Part shown: piece after piece, positions 45,491 to 55,613 of the stretch
Numbering within the stretch: the stretch's first letter is position 1
Layout of the letters: each line of letters begins with the position of its first letter
DNA from: a virus
Virus record (IMG/VR): IMGVR_UViG_2687453351_000002
Coordinates: 2,312 to 66,311 of that record
Length of the DNA: 64,000 bases
Reading direction: 5' to 3' (one strand)
Program-made: the position numbers and the translations under genes
Notes under the pieces: model-generated
Seen by the model: only the letters and a program-made list of their open reading frames with translations
Told to the model about the DNA's origin: nothing
The model's database searches: none

Positions 45491-47318
45491 CTTCGCCGCC
45501 TCCGATGATTTCCTCGAACCGCTGTGACATGCTGGGCCAGAGGTGCTTGAAAGTCTGGTAATCGGCAAGGGTCTCGCTCCCATAAGCCTCAAACCAGTTG
45601 GCGAATGCTTCCGCCAATTGAGAGCCGGTGAAGGTCCGCGCCCCGATCTTCTTTGCCGCGCCTATGTGACGATCATAGGCCAGCCTTGTCTTATAATACC
45701 CCTCTCCGTGGCCGAAAGCGATGCGGATCTTGCCCGCCGTTCCTGCTTCGAAAACGTCTTGCATCCCCGCCAGAGGGCTATCGTGCAGCACACGGCGCCC
45801 GAAGCGGCTCGGCAGATCATGGAGCAGTTGATAAACGTCCTTCCGGTTCCAAGCCGCGACAAACGCGATTGCATCCGTGGGCCGGATCTCATTGACCCCA
45901 TAAAGGGCCTTTACGCCATCCTCCCCCAGCGGGGTCATTTCGTCCAGGATGCGCTTGGCATCGGTCACATATCCGCCCGCGTCCGCCGCGAGGATGGCCC
46001 GCCGGAACTCCTGTTCCGCGGCGGCCTCGTTCTTCGCGATAGTCTTTCGCAGCGCGGTACTGCCCGCGCGGTCATTCCTGAACATTCCGCTGCGGGCTGT
46101 TTCCAGGGCCTTGTTATCCGCGGCCAGCTCGTCGACTGCGGCGAACGATGCAAACCCCCGCCCGTCGCCAAGGTTCCGGTCGATGTGGTGCCCGAACTCG
46201 TGCCGGAAAGTCCGCTTATAGGCCACCGTTCCCGGTGTATGCTTGCCCATGGACATGCGGCCTTCGTGGTCCATGTAGGCGCCCGGCTTTCCCTTCACCA
46301 TGCCCTTCAGGTCCGGGGTCTTCTGGATCACCCGCAGCGCCGGTTCCGGGGTGCCGTCAAATGCGTTGTGGCTGTTCGCCCGCGCGACAGGCATGGCCTG
46401 CATGGCTTGCGCGGCCGTCATCGGGCGCCCTTGAGCCGCTGCTTGCGCTGCCGCGCTGGTTTCCCCGCGCCGGGTGCGCGGCACAATCGGAACCCATGCG
46501 CACCGGCAATTCGGATGCACCGGGATAAGGCCCCGGGCCTTGTCCAGGGTATAGGGGCCGCCGCGGGCCAGCGCCTCGCATTGCGGACACACCGCATTGT
46601 CACCGGCCGTCGCGAACTCGGCCTCAATCGCTACCCCCGAGACCCCGGCTTCCTGGTAGGCGTTCAGGCTGGCGTCGGCATGCGCCCGAATGACCTCTGT
46701 CCGCGCCATCATGCGGGCGCGGGTGATCCCGATCTTGTGCACCCGGTCGGTCAGCGCCCGGCTGATCTCGCGCGGCCCGAGCCCCTGGCTCAGCCCCTCA
46801 GCCAGTGTGCGGCTGATCTGCTGATCCATCGCGTCGGTGATGCCGCGCAAGTCGCTGTAGGCGCGCGTGTAGGCCAACGCCACGCGGTCCACATGGAACG
46901 GACGGGTGAATGCCTTCTCTACCCATTCCGGCGCCACAGGCGCGCCCTGCGCCCGCATACGGGATGCCGCCTGCGCGATCCCCTTCTGGTAGGCGTTGCG
47001 CACGTAGAGAGACGCCCACGAACGGCTGCCCGCGCTGTCCAGGCGCTCGCCGCGGCGGACCTCCAAGATCCCCGCGTCTTGCTGCTGCTGCAGCCAGTCC
47101 ATGAAGGCCGCGACCTTCTGGTCCGAACGGGGCTGGTCGAAGCGGCCGCGGTTGGTCTTGAGCCCGAACCCGTCCTGCCTGTCCACTTCCTCCCGGATCT
47201 TGGCCGCGAGATTGCGGAACCGCCGGGCGGCGGCGGCTTCGAACTGGCGGCGCAGGGTTGTGGTGCGCGTCGGATCGTATCGGTGGGCGGCGTTGACCTT
47301 CAGGCAGGCCTCACACAT
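45483..47318 (-). CDS. MuF head morphogenesis protein with C-terminal metalloprotease-like toxin domain
   Basis: RARMMARTE, CPQC, IPVHPNCRC MuF core, then ~330 aa with HEFGH and AEAFANWF. Confidence 0.85.
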   Translation of the reverse strand: MCEACLKVNAAHRYDPTRTTTLRRQFEAAAARRFRNLAAKIREEVDRQDGFGLKTNRGRFDQPRSDQKVAAFMDWLQQQQDAGILEVRRGERLDSAGSRSWASLYVRNAYQKGIAQAASRMRAQGAPVAPEWVEKAFTRPFHVDRVALAYTRAYSDLRGITDAMDQQISRTLAEGLSQGLGPREISRALTDRVHKIGITRARMMARTEVIRAHADASLNAYQEAGVSGVAIEAEFATAGDNAVCPQCEALARGGPYTLDKARGLIPVHPNCRCAWVPIVPRTRRGETSAAAQAAAQGRPMTAAQAMQAMPVARANSHNAFDGTPEPALRVIQKTPDLKGMVKGKPGAYMDHEGRMSMGKHTPGTVAYKRTFRHEFGHHIDRNLGDGRGFASFAAVDELAADNKALETARSGMFRNDRAGSTALRKTIAKNEAAAEQEFRRAILAADAGGYVTDAKRILDEMTPLGEDGVKALYGVNEIRPTDAIAFVAAWNRKDVYQLLHDLPSRFGRRVLHDSPLAGMQDVFEAGTAGKIRIAFGHGEGYYKTRLAYDRHIGAAKKIGARTFTGSQLAEAFANWFEAYGSETLADYQTFKHLWPSMSQRFEEIIGGGEDG

Positions 47319-48675
47319 GGCGCGCCGCGTTGAACTGGATCACGCCTTCGGCCCCAAGGTCGTCATCCTCGGCCACCTTGGGCTGCGCGGCCTTGTAACC
47401 CAGCGTCTCGCGGAACTCGGCGGGCGAAACGATCAGCTCCGCCCCCGGCGCGTTGGCATAGGTCGCGATGGCCTGCGCGTTCTTCTCGGCAATTTCGGCC
47501 CGCGCGACCTCGCCCAGCGTGTCGTTCTCGGGCCATGCGATGCCGTCCGCCCCGGACGGCAGGATGCCCAATTCCGTGCAGCGCGTCAGGAATGGCATGG
47601 CAATGCTCGGCCCGGCGAACTGCTCGCGGCGCTCCTCGACCCGGCCCACGAAATTGTTCTCGTCCTGGCTGGACGCCAGCTCGCCCGCCTCGCTGCCGAT
47701 CAGGATGCGCTTGGGAATGCCCGTGGCCCCGGCGATCATGTCGATCTGCTTGTCGATGTGGTTGGCCGGGTCGGCGCCTTGCAGGCCCGGGGCGATGTTG
47801 CTCGCGTCGACCCCGCGCGTCCGCAGCCAGCGGCGCAGGCCATGCTGCATTTCCTCGACCTGCGCCTTGAGGGCTTCCGCCTCGTCCGGGTTCCACTGCA
47901 CTTCCAGATCGGCCTTGAGGTGCATCAGCATGGCGACGTTCTGCCAATACATCTCGGCCGAGCCGCCCAGCAGCTTGTCCAGATCCATGAGCCTGTTCCA
48001 GACCCGTTCCAGGCGCGGCGTGCCGATGCTCTCGTCTTCGAGCGCCCGCTCCGCGATGTGGATCACGCGGCTATGGTGCACAATGAACGACTTCTGTCCT
48101 GCCCCGGCGCCGGTCCAGTTGACGCCCGAGGTGATCCGGTAGAGCAGCGGCCGGCCGAACCGGGGCGACTTCGGGTTGTCTTCCCACCGCACGATCTGCG
48201 CCGTGCGCTCCGAATGCGGCTGCACGTAAAGCAGGGTGAAGCGGTTGCCCCGCACGGGCTGGTCCATCGGCTGGCCGCCATCGAGGCCCAGCAGGAGGAC
48301 GCCATAGTGCCCAAGCCCGGCGAGCCGGTCGGCCCGGTGCAGGGCGCGCCAGATATGCAGGCGGGCATCGAGCTTGCCGAACGCCTCCCGCACCTCGTCC
48401 GGGCCGTTCACCTCCGGCGCCTCGCGCCAGGTGGCGTCCGGGTAGGCGTCCACGATCCGGGCGGCAATGTCCTGCCGCAGATAGGCGTCAACGTAGTCCT
48501 CTGGCATGAGGCTCAGCGGATAGCCGAGCGTCTCGTAGAGATCGCGCGCGCCGTTGAAGCTTTGCCCCGCGCGGCCCGCGAGGATCTTGCGGGACACGAG
48601 GGCGCTGCCCGTGTTCGCATGGATGGCAGGGGCCAGCGGCGCGCCGTCAGGCCCGAGAAGCGTGCGATCACTCAT
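47311..48675 (-). CDS. Portal protein (DUF1073 family)
   Basis: IAARIVDAYPDATWRE, ATGIPKRILIGSEAGELAS. Confidence 0.88.
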   Translation of the reverse strand: MSDRTLLGPDGAPLAPAIHANTGSALVSRKILAGRAGQSFNGARDLYETLGYPLSLMPEDYVDAYLRQDIAARIVDAYPDATWREAPEVNGPDEVREAFGKLDARLHIWRALHRADRLAGLGHYGVLLLGLDGGQPMDQPVRGNRFTLLYVQPHSERTAQIVRWEDNPKSPRFGRPLLYRITSGVNWTGAGAGQKSFIVHHSRVIHIAERALEDESIGTPRLERVWNRLMDLDKLLGGSAEMYWQNVAMLMHLKADLEVQWNPDEAEALKAQVEEMQHGLRRWLRTRGVDASNIAPGLQGADPANHIDKQIDMIAGATGIPKRILIGSEAGELASSQDENNFVGRVEERREQFAGPSIAMPFLTRCTELGILPSGADGIAWPENDTLGEVARAEIAEKNAQAIATYANAPGAELIVSPAEFRETLGYKAAQPKVAEDDDLGAEGVIQFNAARHV

Positions 48676-50030
48676 TACCAGGTCACTTTCGTATGGTTCG
48701 GCCCCAGCATCAGCTCGGTCAGCGCCCAGACCAGCGCGTCGGCCCGGTCGGGCGACCCCTCACCGATGAAGCCCGAGGCCGTGAAGTTGCAGAGCTGGTC
48801 TTCGAGATCGGGGAAGTCCCCGACATGGTGGACGCGGCCCTGTTCGTAGAGCGCGCTTATCGGCTCGGCCCGGACGACCTTGCCCCGGCTGGCGGAAACC
48901 TCTTTGAAGCTCGCGTCCTTGTCCGCGGTCGACACGGTGAACCGCACCATGTCCCCGCCGAAATTCCGCTCTCCGACGATCCGGTCGGCCCTGTGCCGGT
49001 GATAGAGATCGACGGCCCGGCGGCCCCACCCTTCAGGCGACAGGTTGCAGGTGCCGTCCTGCAGCACATAGCCGTGGTCGTTGAAGCCGATCCCGGCTGC
49101 AATGATCCCGATATCGTCGCCGCCGCCGTCGCCGCGCGTGCCCGAAGGGTCCACCGCGATCACGATCCGGCGCAGCTCGGGAGCGGCCGCCACCCGAAGG
49201 CTGTCGAGCCCCGGCATGGTCTTGCCGTCAGGGGACTTGCGGTCTTCCAGCGCCCAGAGCGCCCCGTTCACGTCGCTGGCCCACTCTCCCGCCTCGAACC
49301 GGAGCCGCTTGGCGGCCGACATCGAGGCCAGCACCTCGAAATACTCGGGCGGCAGGTTGTCGGCATTGTCGGCCGGGTTGACCCGCATTTCGGCATAGTC
49401 GACGGGTTTGGGAAGGGCCTCTTTCGTGCCGGGCTTCACCTTCGCCCGGAACAGTTGGTAGCTCCAGTGCAGCTTGGACGGCGGGTTGCAGTCGAAATAC
49501 GCCTTGAGCGTCAGGAACGCCCGGCCGGTTGCCGCCGCGATCTCGGGCGCCAGCGCGCATTTCTGAGCAAGCCGGGACATGGCCATTTCGACCGAGCCCC
49601 AGGGGATCTGGCTGCTCTCGTTGAAATAGAGCGTGGCATATTCCTGCCCGAGGATCTTCTCGACCCGCTCCTTGTCGTCCAGGCCTGCGATCCAGATCTG
49701 CGACCCGTTCGGCAGATCGACATAGAAGTCGGTCTTGTCCAACCGGACCAGCAGAGCCGGAAAGCAGAGCTTCAGCACCTTCGGCAGGGTGTCCGACCAG
49801 ACCGAAGTCTTGGCGTGGTTGAACCGGAACCGGAAGATCACATGTCGGGAGCCGGGCGCGTTGATGGCCCGCTGGATGATCGCCCGCACGAGGATGAAGG
49901 TTTTCCCCGAACGCGATCCGCCCCGGAGCATGATGTTCCGCGCGGGTCCCGCCAGCAGCCGGTTCGCCTCCCGCTGCTTCGGCGTAAGCTTCGCGATGGG
50001 CGGGCCGCCGTTGTGCCCGATGCCGCTCAC
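48675..50030 (-). CDS. terL: Terminase large subunit
   Basis: GGSRSGKT Walker A, IAVDPS, SPDRADALVWA. Confidence 0.93.
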   Translation of the reverse strand: MSGIGHNGGPPIAKLTPKQREANRLLAGPARNIMLRGGSRSGKTFILVRAIIQRAINAPGSRHVIFRFRFNHAKTSVWSDTLPKVLKLCFPALLVRLDKTDFYVDLPNGSQIWIAGLDDKERVEKILGQEYATLYFNESSQIPWGSVEMAMSRLAQKCALAPEIAAATGRAFLTLKAYFDCNPPSKLHWSYQLFRAKVKPGTKEALPKPVDYAEMRVNPADNADNLPPEYFEVLASMSAAKRLRFEAGEWASDVNGALWALEDRKSPDGKTMPGLDSLRVAAAPELRRIVIAVDPSGTRGDGGGDDIGIIAAGIGFNDHGYVLQDGTCNLSPEGWGRRAVDLYHRHRADRIVGERNFGGDMVRFTVSTADKDASFKEVSASRGKVVRAEPISALYEQGRVHHVGDFPDLEDQLCNFTASGFIGEGSPDRADALVWALTELMLGPNHTKVTW

Positions 50031-50551
50031 AACTCGGCGTCTTCCTGGTTGACCGTCAGACTGATCGCGCCGGTCGTGTTCACCTGGTCGCGGAACGCCT
50101 GCACGCTGACATGCTTGCCGATCAGCTCAAGCCGCTTGATCCGCTCGGACAGCTTGATCTTGACCGTCTGGCCGACCTTCTCGCCCTCGACCAGCGTCTC
50201 GTTCACGTCGAGCCCGGACACGAGCCCTTGCCGCCAGATCAGGGGCCAGTCCTTCACGGGCCTGATCGCTCCGGCCTCGTCCAGAATGTCCGCAAGGTCC
50301 GCCGTCACCTCGGCCGCCAGCCGCCGCAGCATCCAATCTGCGTCAAGCTGCGTGCGCTCCGAACGCTGGGCTTGCGCATCGGCGATGGCATCGAGGACCT
50401 GAACATTTCTCAACAGGCGGGAGCCCTGCTGTTCGGCCGTCCGCGCACTGTAGCCCGCCCGGATCGCCGCCTGTGTCGCGTTCAGGTCGACGAGGTACTC
50501 CTCGACGAAACGCCGCTGTTTCGCCGTGAGCGCCATTTTCGCCTCCGTCAT
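50027..50551 (-). CDS. terS: Terminase small subunit
   Basis: LTAKQRRFVEEYLVDLNATQAAIRAGYS. Confidence 0.92.
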   Translation of the reverse strand: MTEAKMALTAKQRRFVEEYLVDLNATQAAIRAGYSARTAEQQGSRLLRNVQVLDAIADAQAQRSERTQLDADWMLRRLAAEVTADLADILDEAGAIRPVKDWPLIWRQGLVSGLDVNETLVEGEKVGQTVKIKLSERIKRLELIGKHVSVQAFRDQVNTTGAISLTVNQEDAEL

Positions 50552-50820
50552 TCCTTCGGTCGCACAACCGCCGATTTCGCGCCTTTCGGCAGTGAATGGG
50601 GCGGTGATCCACCCCCCGTAGCTTGCCAGCCCCCGACCAGCAGCCGGGGCTTGCCGCGAGATCGCTTCACCCGAACCCCGCGCGCGACCCAGCCTCCCAC
50701 GCCCCGGACCCAACCGGCCGGGATCTGCGTCGGAGATGCAGCGAAGATGCGGGCGGCCACGATGGCCACCGCCAACCGCCACCGGGGCAGCGAGATCCTG
50801 ACGGAAAGCTGTCCCCGCAT
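50548..50820 (-). CDS. Possible hypothetical protein upstream of TerS
   Basis: TGA overlaps TerS ATG; no motif. Confidence 0.3.
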   Translation of the reverse strand: MRGQLSVRISLPRWRLAVAIVAARIFAASPTQIPAGWVRGVGGWVARGVRVKRSRGKPRLLVGGWQATGGGSPPHSLPKGAKSAVVRPKE

Positions 50821-51347
50821 GCGCCCTGCCTCCGGCCGAATGATATGATGGCCAGACCCTGGCATTGCCGCAGGTCTGGCCTGCTCGCCCTTCGGAATGA
50901 GGGGGGACGAAAGGGCGAGCTATGGGTGAGCGCGGGCCGGACCGCGCACGTGCATCATACCTGAGAGGGAGAAGGGCCGCCGCAAGAGGGCGTGATGGCT
51001 GAACGGGACGAGGCCCCGAAACGCGAACAGGGGCTCGCGTTCCCGCAAACCCCTGACGATGATGCCAATCTGGCACGCCGAAGATTTTCAGTCAAGGCTT
51101 TGCCAACGCCGAAGAACAGTGCGGTTCTGGCTCTGATCTACGCGGCTGCGGCAGTGGTCGCGGCCGACCTCTTCACAGCCCCTAAGATCCACTCGATATG
51201 CGACCCTCGGCCGCTGACCGCCCGCGCGAGTTGGCCTCGACTGCCCCCCCCCAAAGGAAGCACCTATCGGAACGTCCCGTTTAGAACGTAGCGGGTACGT
51301 TCAGCGAACTTCACGTTTCGTGACTATGGTAACGACAAGGGTGACAC

Positions 51348-51794
51348 ATGAGCCGAAGACTCCCCCGCCGCATTCTGATCGCCGCCTTTCTCGCGGCCGC
51401 CTTGGCTGAGCCTGCAGCTGCTATGCAGACCCAAATCTCGGGCTCAGTGCGCCTCCGCGACGGCGACACGCCGGTGGTTGGTGGCGTCCCGGTCCGCCTC
51501 AGCGGGCTGACCTGCGACGAACGCGGCTCCCAGATGGGAGATCGGGCCACGGCGCGCCTTTGGGATATCATCGGAAGGCAACACCTGACCTGCGTCTTGA
51601 ACGGGGAAACCACCTACGACCGGCAGGTCGGGCGCTGCTATCTTCCGGACGGGCGCGACATTGCCGAGATCCTGATCTCCGAAGGATATTGCGGCCGCTG
51701 CGCCCGGTACGACCCCCAGCGGACCTACGTCAAAGCCCAGAGGCATGCCGGGCGCTATCGGGGTGCCATGCCGGGATACTGCCGCCCGAGGTGA
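51348..51794 (+). CDS. Secreted thermonuclease (SNase) family protein
   Basis: Signal peptide; DGDT, VRLSG, YDRQVGRC motifs; antisense to the phage operon. Confidence 0.85.
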   Translation: MSRRLPRRILIAAFLAAALAEPAAAMQTQISGSVRLRDGDTPVVGGVPVRLSGLTCDERGSQMGDRATARLWDIIGRQHLTCVLNGETTYDRQVGRCYLPDGRDIAEILISEGYCGRCARYDPQRTYVKAQRHAGRYRGAMPGYCRPR

Positions 51795-51803
51795 TACCGC
51801 CCG

Positions 51804-52454
51804 CTATCGGCGCTCCACCACGTCGGCCAGCTTGCGCAAGGCCTGCACGTAGCCCCGCCCTTCGTCCGTTGCCTGGCGGTCCCGGATCAGGGCGGTTTGC
51901 TCGCGCACGGCGCCCCAGATCGCCGCCTGCTGCCAGCGGTCGAGGTGGCCGAGGTAGCCTTGCCAGCGCATCCAGTTGGTGACCGCAGCGTGGGCCTTTT
52001 CCTCCTCGCTCCGCAGGTCCAGGTCATCGTCTCCGCTGATCTCGAAACGCTCGAGCAACATCTCGATCTTGGCCGTCTTCGGGTGGAGCCGGACGCCGAG
52101 GTAGCGCTTCGCATAGGCCGCATGTGCGCCGCAGAGCCCGGCGAACGCGGACCAAAGGCGGGCGACCTCGTCGGGCCTGTCGCACAACAGGTGCAGTACC
52201 CGGCCCGCATCGCATTCGAGGCTCTGCGCCCGCGCCTTGGCCATGTCCTCCGGTCTCGCCTTCCATCCCATCTGGCGGCACCGCGCCCGCAGCGCGACGT
52301 CGGCCTCCGTGCGTTCGTAGCCCGGCCTTGTCGATCGCCGGATGCGCCCGTCCTTCTCGCGCCTCTCGACCGGCGCCAACCCCGGCATGCCCGCCAGCTC
52401 GGCCTTCTTCGCCAGTTTCACTGCCCGCGTGCGGGTCTTGCTGCCCTTGCCCAT
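51804..52454 (-). CDS. Putative late-gene regulator
   Basis: Last gene of early-right operon; function inferred from position. Confidence 0.5.
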   Translation of the reverse strand: MGKGSKTRTRAVKLAKKAELAGMPGLAPVERREKDGRIRRSTRPGYERTEADVALRARCRQMGWKARPEDMAKARAQSLECDAGRVLHLLCDRPDEVARLWSAFAGLCGAHAAYAKRYLGVRLHPKTAKIEMLLERFEISGDDDLDLRSEEEKAHAAVTNWMRWQGYLGHLDRWQQAAIWGAVREQTALIRDRQATDEGRGYVQALRKLADVVERR

Positions 52455-52464
52455 GTCCTGTCCC

Positions 52465-53109
52465 TTATTTCACACCGGCGGCCCGGAGGGCGCGGGGCCC
52501 AACGGCGCCCCTGATCCGCCCCAGCTCCGCGCGCATCGCCGAGACCTCGGCCAGCTTTTTCGACGCGGCCTCCTGCTGCTTTCCGACCAGATCCGAGACC
52601 GCACGGATCTCGCGTTCGAGAGCGGCCAGCCTCTCGGTCGCGGCCTCGATGCCTTCGTTGCCCCCATCGGGGCCGAAGAAGGCCTCCCGGATCTCGGCCA
52701 CCCAGCCGGGCATCACACCCAGCACATCGGCAACCGTCGCATCGGTGTCGTTCTGCCGGTAGCGTTCCGCCTCGGGGTCATAGACCTCCCGCAGCATATC
52801 CACGATCTCGCGGCGCTGTTCCCGGGAGGGCTGGCGCAGCACCTCGGCGGGTTTCGCGGCCGGAGCCGTCGTCGTCTTCGTCATGCCTGTCGCCTTTCGT
52901 TTCGCTTCGCAGGCCGGGCAGTGGAGCTTGCCCTTCACCTCGGCCCAGCCTTGCCCGGTCATCTTCCGGTTTATCTGCCCCGCATCCGGCACCCAGACCC
53001 GGCCGGGTCGATGCAAGTAGTTGCAGGTCACGACCTCCTCGCGCCCGCAGCCATCACAGGCCACCCGAGCCCGGTTCACGCCTTTGCCCTTGATCTCGTG
53101 AATGCTCAT
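52465..53109 (-). CDS. Zn-ribbon phage protein
   Basis: CDGC...CPAC; DATVADVLGVMPGWV HTH-like segment. Confidence 0.6.
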   Translation of the reverse strand: MSIHEIKGKGVNRARVACDGCGREEVVTCNYLHRPGRVWVPDAGQINRKMTGQGWAEVKGKLHCPACEAKRKATGMTKTTTAPAAKPAEVLRQPSREQRREIVDMLREVYDPEAERYRQNDTDATVADVLGVMPGWVAEIREAFFGPDGGNEGIEAATERLAALEREIRAVSDLVGKQQEAASKKLAEVSAMRAELGRIRGAVGPRALRAAGVK

Positions 53110-53120
53110 CGGGCCCGCGC

Positions 53121-53594
53121 TCAGAAGGGGATTTCGTCGTCGAGATCGGGGCCGCCATATCCGCCCCCGGGGCCGCCTGACGGACCTTGGCCGTAGCCAT
53201 GGCCTCCTGCCCCCGAGCCGCCCCTGTCGCCTCCGCCGCTTTCCCGGCGATCCAGGAACGCGATTTCCCCGGCGAACGGGCGCACGGCGATTTCGGTCGT
53301 GTAACGGTCCTGCCCGGTCTGGTCTTGCCACTTGCGGGTTTCGAGCTTGCCCTCGACATAGACCTTGGAGCCCTTGCGCAGGTATTGCTCGGCGAGCCGG
53401 ACCAGGCCCTCGGCCCAGATCGAGACCGAATGCCATTCGGTGCGCTCGCGACGCTCGCCGGTGTTGCGGTCCTTCCAGGTCTCGGAGGTGGCGATCCGCA
53501 GGTTGCAGACCTTCCCGCCGCTCTGGAAGCTGCGCACCTCCGGGTCGCGCCCCAGGTGGCCGATCAGGATCACCTTGTTGACAGATCCGGCCAT
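53121..53594 (-). CDS. ssb: Single-stranded DNA-binding protein
   Basis: [19 protein letters not shown]...DDEIPF. Confidence 0.97.
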   Translation of the reverse strand: MAGSVNKVILIGHLGRDPEVRSFQSGGKVCNLRIATSETWKDRNTGERRERTEWHSVSIWAEGLVRLAEQYLRKGSKVYVEGKLETRKWQDQTGQDRYTTEIAVRPFAGEIAFLDRRESGGGDRGGSGAGGHGYGQGPSGGPGGGYGGPDLDDEIPF

Positions 53595-54187
53595 CAGGCG
53601 GCTCCCCTCTGCTCATCGGTTGCGGATTGGCCCGTTTCGGTTGCGCCGAACCGCTTCGGGCCGGTGAAATCTTCCGCCGGGCTGAAACCGGCGGCCCGCA
53701 TGGCCCGGGCCGCGGCCTCGGGGCTGCACCGCTCGCGGTCCTCGGGGGCCTCGGTCCCGGCCCACCCGCTGCGTGCCCGGACCCTGGCCGCGCGGACGGC
53801 CCGCATTTCGATGCGGCAGCGCTCGGCGATGTCGCCCTCGATGGGCCGCTTGCGGCGCTGCGGGTTGTCCGCGGACTTCCACCATTTCGCCGCCCGCTCG
53901 ATGGCCCAATCAGGGAAAACTGCCAGAGCGTCGGCCCAATCCTCCATCTCGATCTCGCGCAGCGCCCGCGGCGTCTCCTTGTCGAAATACGGGGTCAGCA
54001 GCGCGCCGACGCGGGCCATGGTGCGCACCGGATCGCCGGGCCGGGAAAGCTGGGCCGCGATCATCGCCGCCGCCTCACGCTCGGCCGGAGCGGCGCGCAG
54101 CGACCGCAGCACACGCGTCAAATAGGCCAGACCCTGGTCCACCTCGGCCGGGTGTCGCGGGTCCAAGGCCGCCAGATCGGTTGTCAT
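53594..54187 (-). CDS. Replication protein (helicase-loader position); start uncertain
   Basis: Follows initiator; [17 protein letters not shown]. Confidence 0.55.
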   Translation of the reverse strand: MTTDLAALDPRHPAEVDQGLAYLTRVLRSLRAAPAEREAAAMIAAQLSRPGDPVRTMARVGALLTPYFDKETPRALREIEMEDWADALAVFPDWAIERAAKWWKSADNPQRRKRPIEGDIAERCRIEMRAVRAARVRARSGWAGTEAPEDRERCSPEAAARAMRAAGFSPAEDFTGPKRFGATETGQSATDEQRGAA

Positions 54188-54917
54188 AGTTGCCCTCCAT
54201 GAGCTTGGTGAAGTTGGCCTGCTTGACCAGGAAATCGAAGTTGCAGCGCCATGAGTGCGTGGGGTCCCGGCTTCGGCCGCTGAGGAAGTCCGAGGCTTCG
54301 ACACGGCGCATCGCCTCCCGCCAGCCGTCGACGCCGCCAACCTCACGCAACCGGGCCTTGAGGGCCTGACGCCGGGCCGGGGTGAGTTTCTGGACCCTCG
54401 CCAAGCCGACGCGCTCGGCGGTTTCGTTGAACAGCGTGATCGCATCTTCGATTTCGGAAGACGGTGCAGATGCACGAGAAGCGTCAGCTTCTCTCTCTGA
54501 CGGTTCCTGATGGTTCTCTGACGGTTCGGGTGCACGCTGTGCAGGGGGGTGGTGCACGCTGTGCAGGGGTTGGGTGCACGGTGTGCAGGGGTGCATGTCG
54601 TGCAGGGGTGCACGCGGCGCAGGGGGGTGCACATCATGCAGGGGTGCACGCGGTGCAGGGGTCGAGCGAACGAAGAACACGTTGCAGCCCTTCGGCCCCG
54701 CGTTCCGATAGATCGTCAGATAACCCCGCTCCTCCAGGGCACCGATGATCTGGCGCACCTTGCGCTCGCTGCAGCGCGCGAGCTGGGAGACCCTTGAGAC
54801 CGAGGGATAGCACCGGCCTTCGTCATCGGCATGGTTCGCCAGCGCGAGCATCACCGCGCATTCGTAGACATCGGACAATTCACTGTCCCAGATCTCGGCC
54901 ATGATCCTGATGCTCAT
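54075..54917 (-). CDS. Replication initiator (HTH, lambda O-like)
   Basis: LALANHADDEGRCYPSVSRV winged HTH; internal iterons; [18 protein letters not shown]. Confidence 0.85.
   Translation of the reverse strand: MSIRIMAEIWDSELSDVYECAVMLALANHADDEGRCYPSVSRVSQLARCSERKVRQIIGALEERGYLTIYRNAGPKGCNVFFVRSTPAPRAPLHDVHPPAPRAPLHDMHPCTPCTQPLHSVHHPPAQRAPEPSENHQEPSEREADASRASAPSSEIEDAITLFNETAERVGLARVQKLTPARRQALKARLREVGGVDGWREAMRRVEASDFLSGRSRDPTHSWRCNFDFLVKQANFTKLMEGNYDNRSGGLGPATPGRGGPGSGLFDACAAVAARRSGRA
54529..54661. repeat. Seven iterons TGCAY-N3/4-(G)TGCAGGGG; putative origin
   Basis: Tandem 17-22 bp units inside initiator gene. Confidence 0.85.
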
Positions 54918-55378
54918 GACGCGGCCCTTTCGATCCCGGCGGCGCCCGGCCCGGCCATGATTTCGCGGGCGAGATAGGCGAGCCCGTCCAGGCTGCACTC
55001 GACCCATTCCTCGGGTGGTGCTGCGTCCCCGTCGCCAAAGGCCGCGCGGATCGCGCCCAGCGGCAAGGCGCAGCGGATCGGCCGCCGGTCGAAGCGATAG
55101 ACCACCACGGGCAGTTGCCCGGCCTTCCGGGCACTGGCGGCCGCCTGCATCCGCCAGTCGTCAGCGCAGCCGGTCCCTGCGGATCGGCGCTTGCACTCGA
55201 TAGAGAACGGCCAGGCCGGATCGTCCGTCACCAGATCGCCCAAGCCGGAGTCCTGGCACTGGCGCAGGTTGCGGCGGAACGCGATGCCGGTCAGGTCGAA
55301 CAGGGCCGCGGCGACCTCGCGCTCGAGCTCGGCCCCCTTGGCGCGGTTGCGCCGGCCGATGGCGGATCGGTCCTTCAT
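54914..55378 (-). CDS. PD-(D/E)XK Holliday-junction-resolvase-like nuclease
   Basis: KGAELEREVA..GLGDL..SIECKR. Confidence 0.75.
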   Translation of the reverse strand: MKDRSAIGRRNRAKGAELEREVAAALFDLTGIAFRRNLRQCQDSGLGDLVTDDPAWPFSIECKRRSAGTGCADDWRMQAAASARKAGQLPVVVYRFDRRPIRCALPLGAIRAAFGDGDAAPPEEWVECSLDGLAYLAREIMAGPGAAGIERAAS

Positions 55379-55418
55379 CTGGACACCTCCTGTCTGAAAT
55401 GCTCGTGGCGGTGCAGGC

Positions 55419-55613
55419 TCATACCCGGCCCGCCCTGATCTGCGCCCGGGCGAGGGCCTTGTCGAAAGCCGCGCGGATCGCCTTTGTGGAGTTGCTCTCG
55501 GGCTCGCCCGCCAGCCGCGGGTGCAGCGCGACCCGCAGACCGTGCACCTCGTCCAGAGGCAGGTCGATGTGGGCTCGGCCGTCTCTCACGCTGACATGGA
55601 CGCTGTTGCTCAT
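55419..55613 (-). CDS. Small hypothetical phage protein
   Basis: Coupled ORF. Confidence 0.5.
   Translation of the reverse strand: MSNSVHVSVRDGRAHIDLPLDEVHGLRVALHPRLAGEPESNSTKAIRAAFDKALARAQIRAGRV

Noticed and set aside
41578-50402. Long plus-strand ORFs (41578-45180, 45543-47333, 47101-48849, 48693-50402)
   Set aside because: Same antisense artefact over the prophage 2 head genes.
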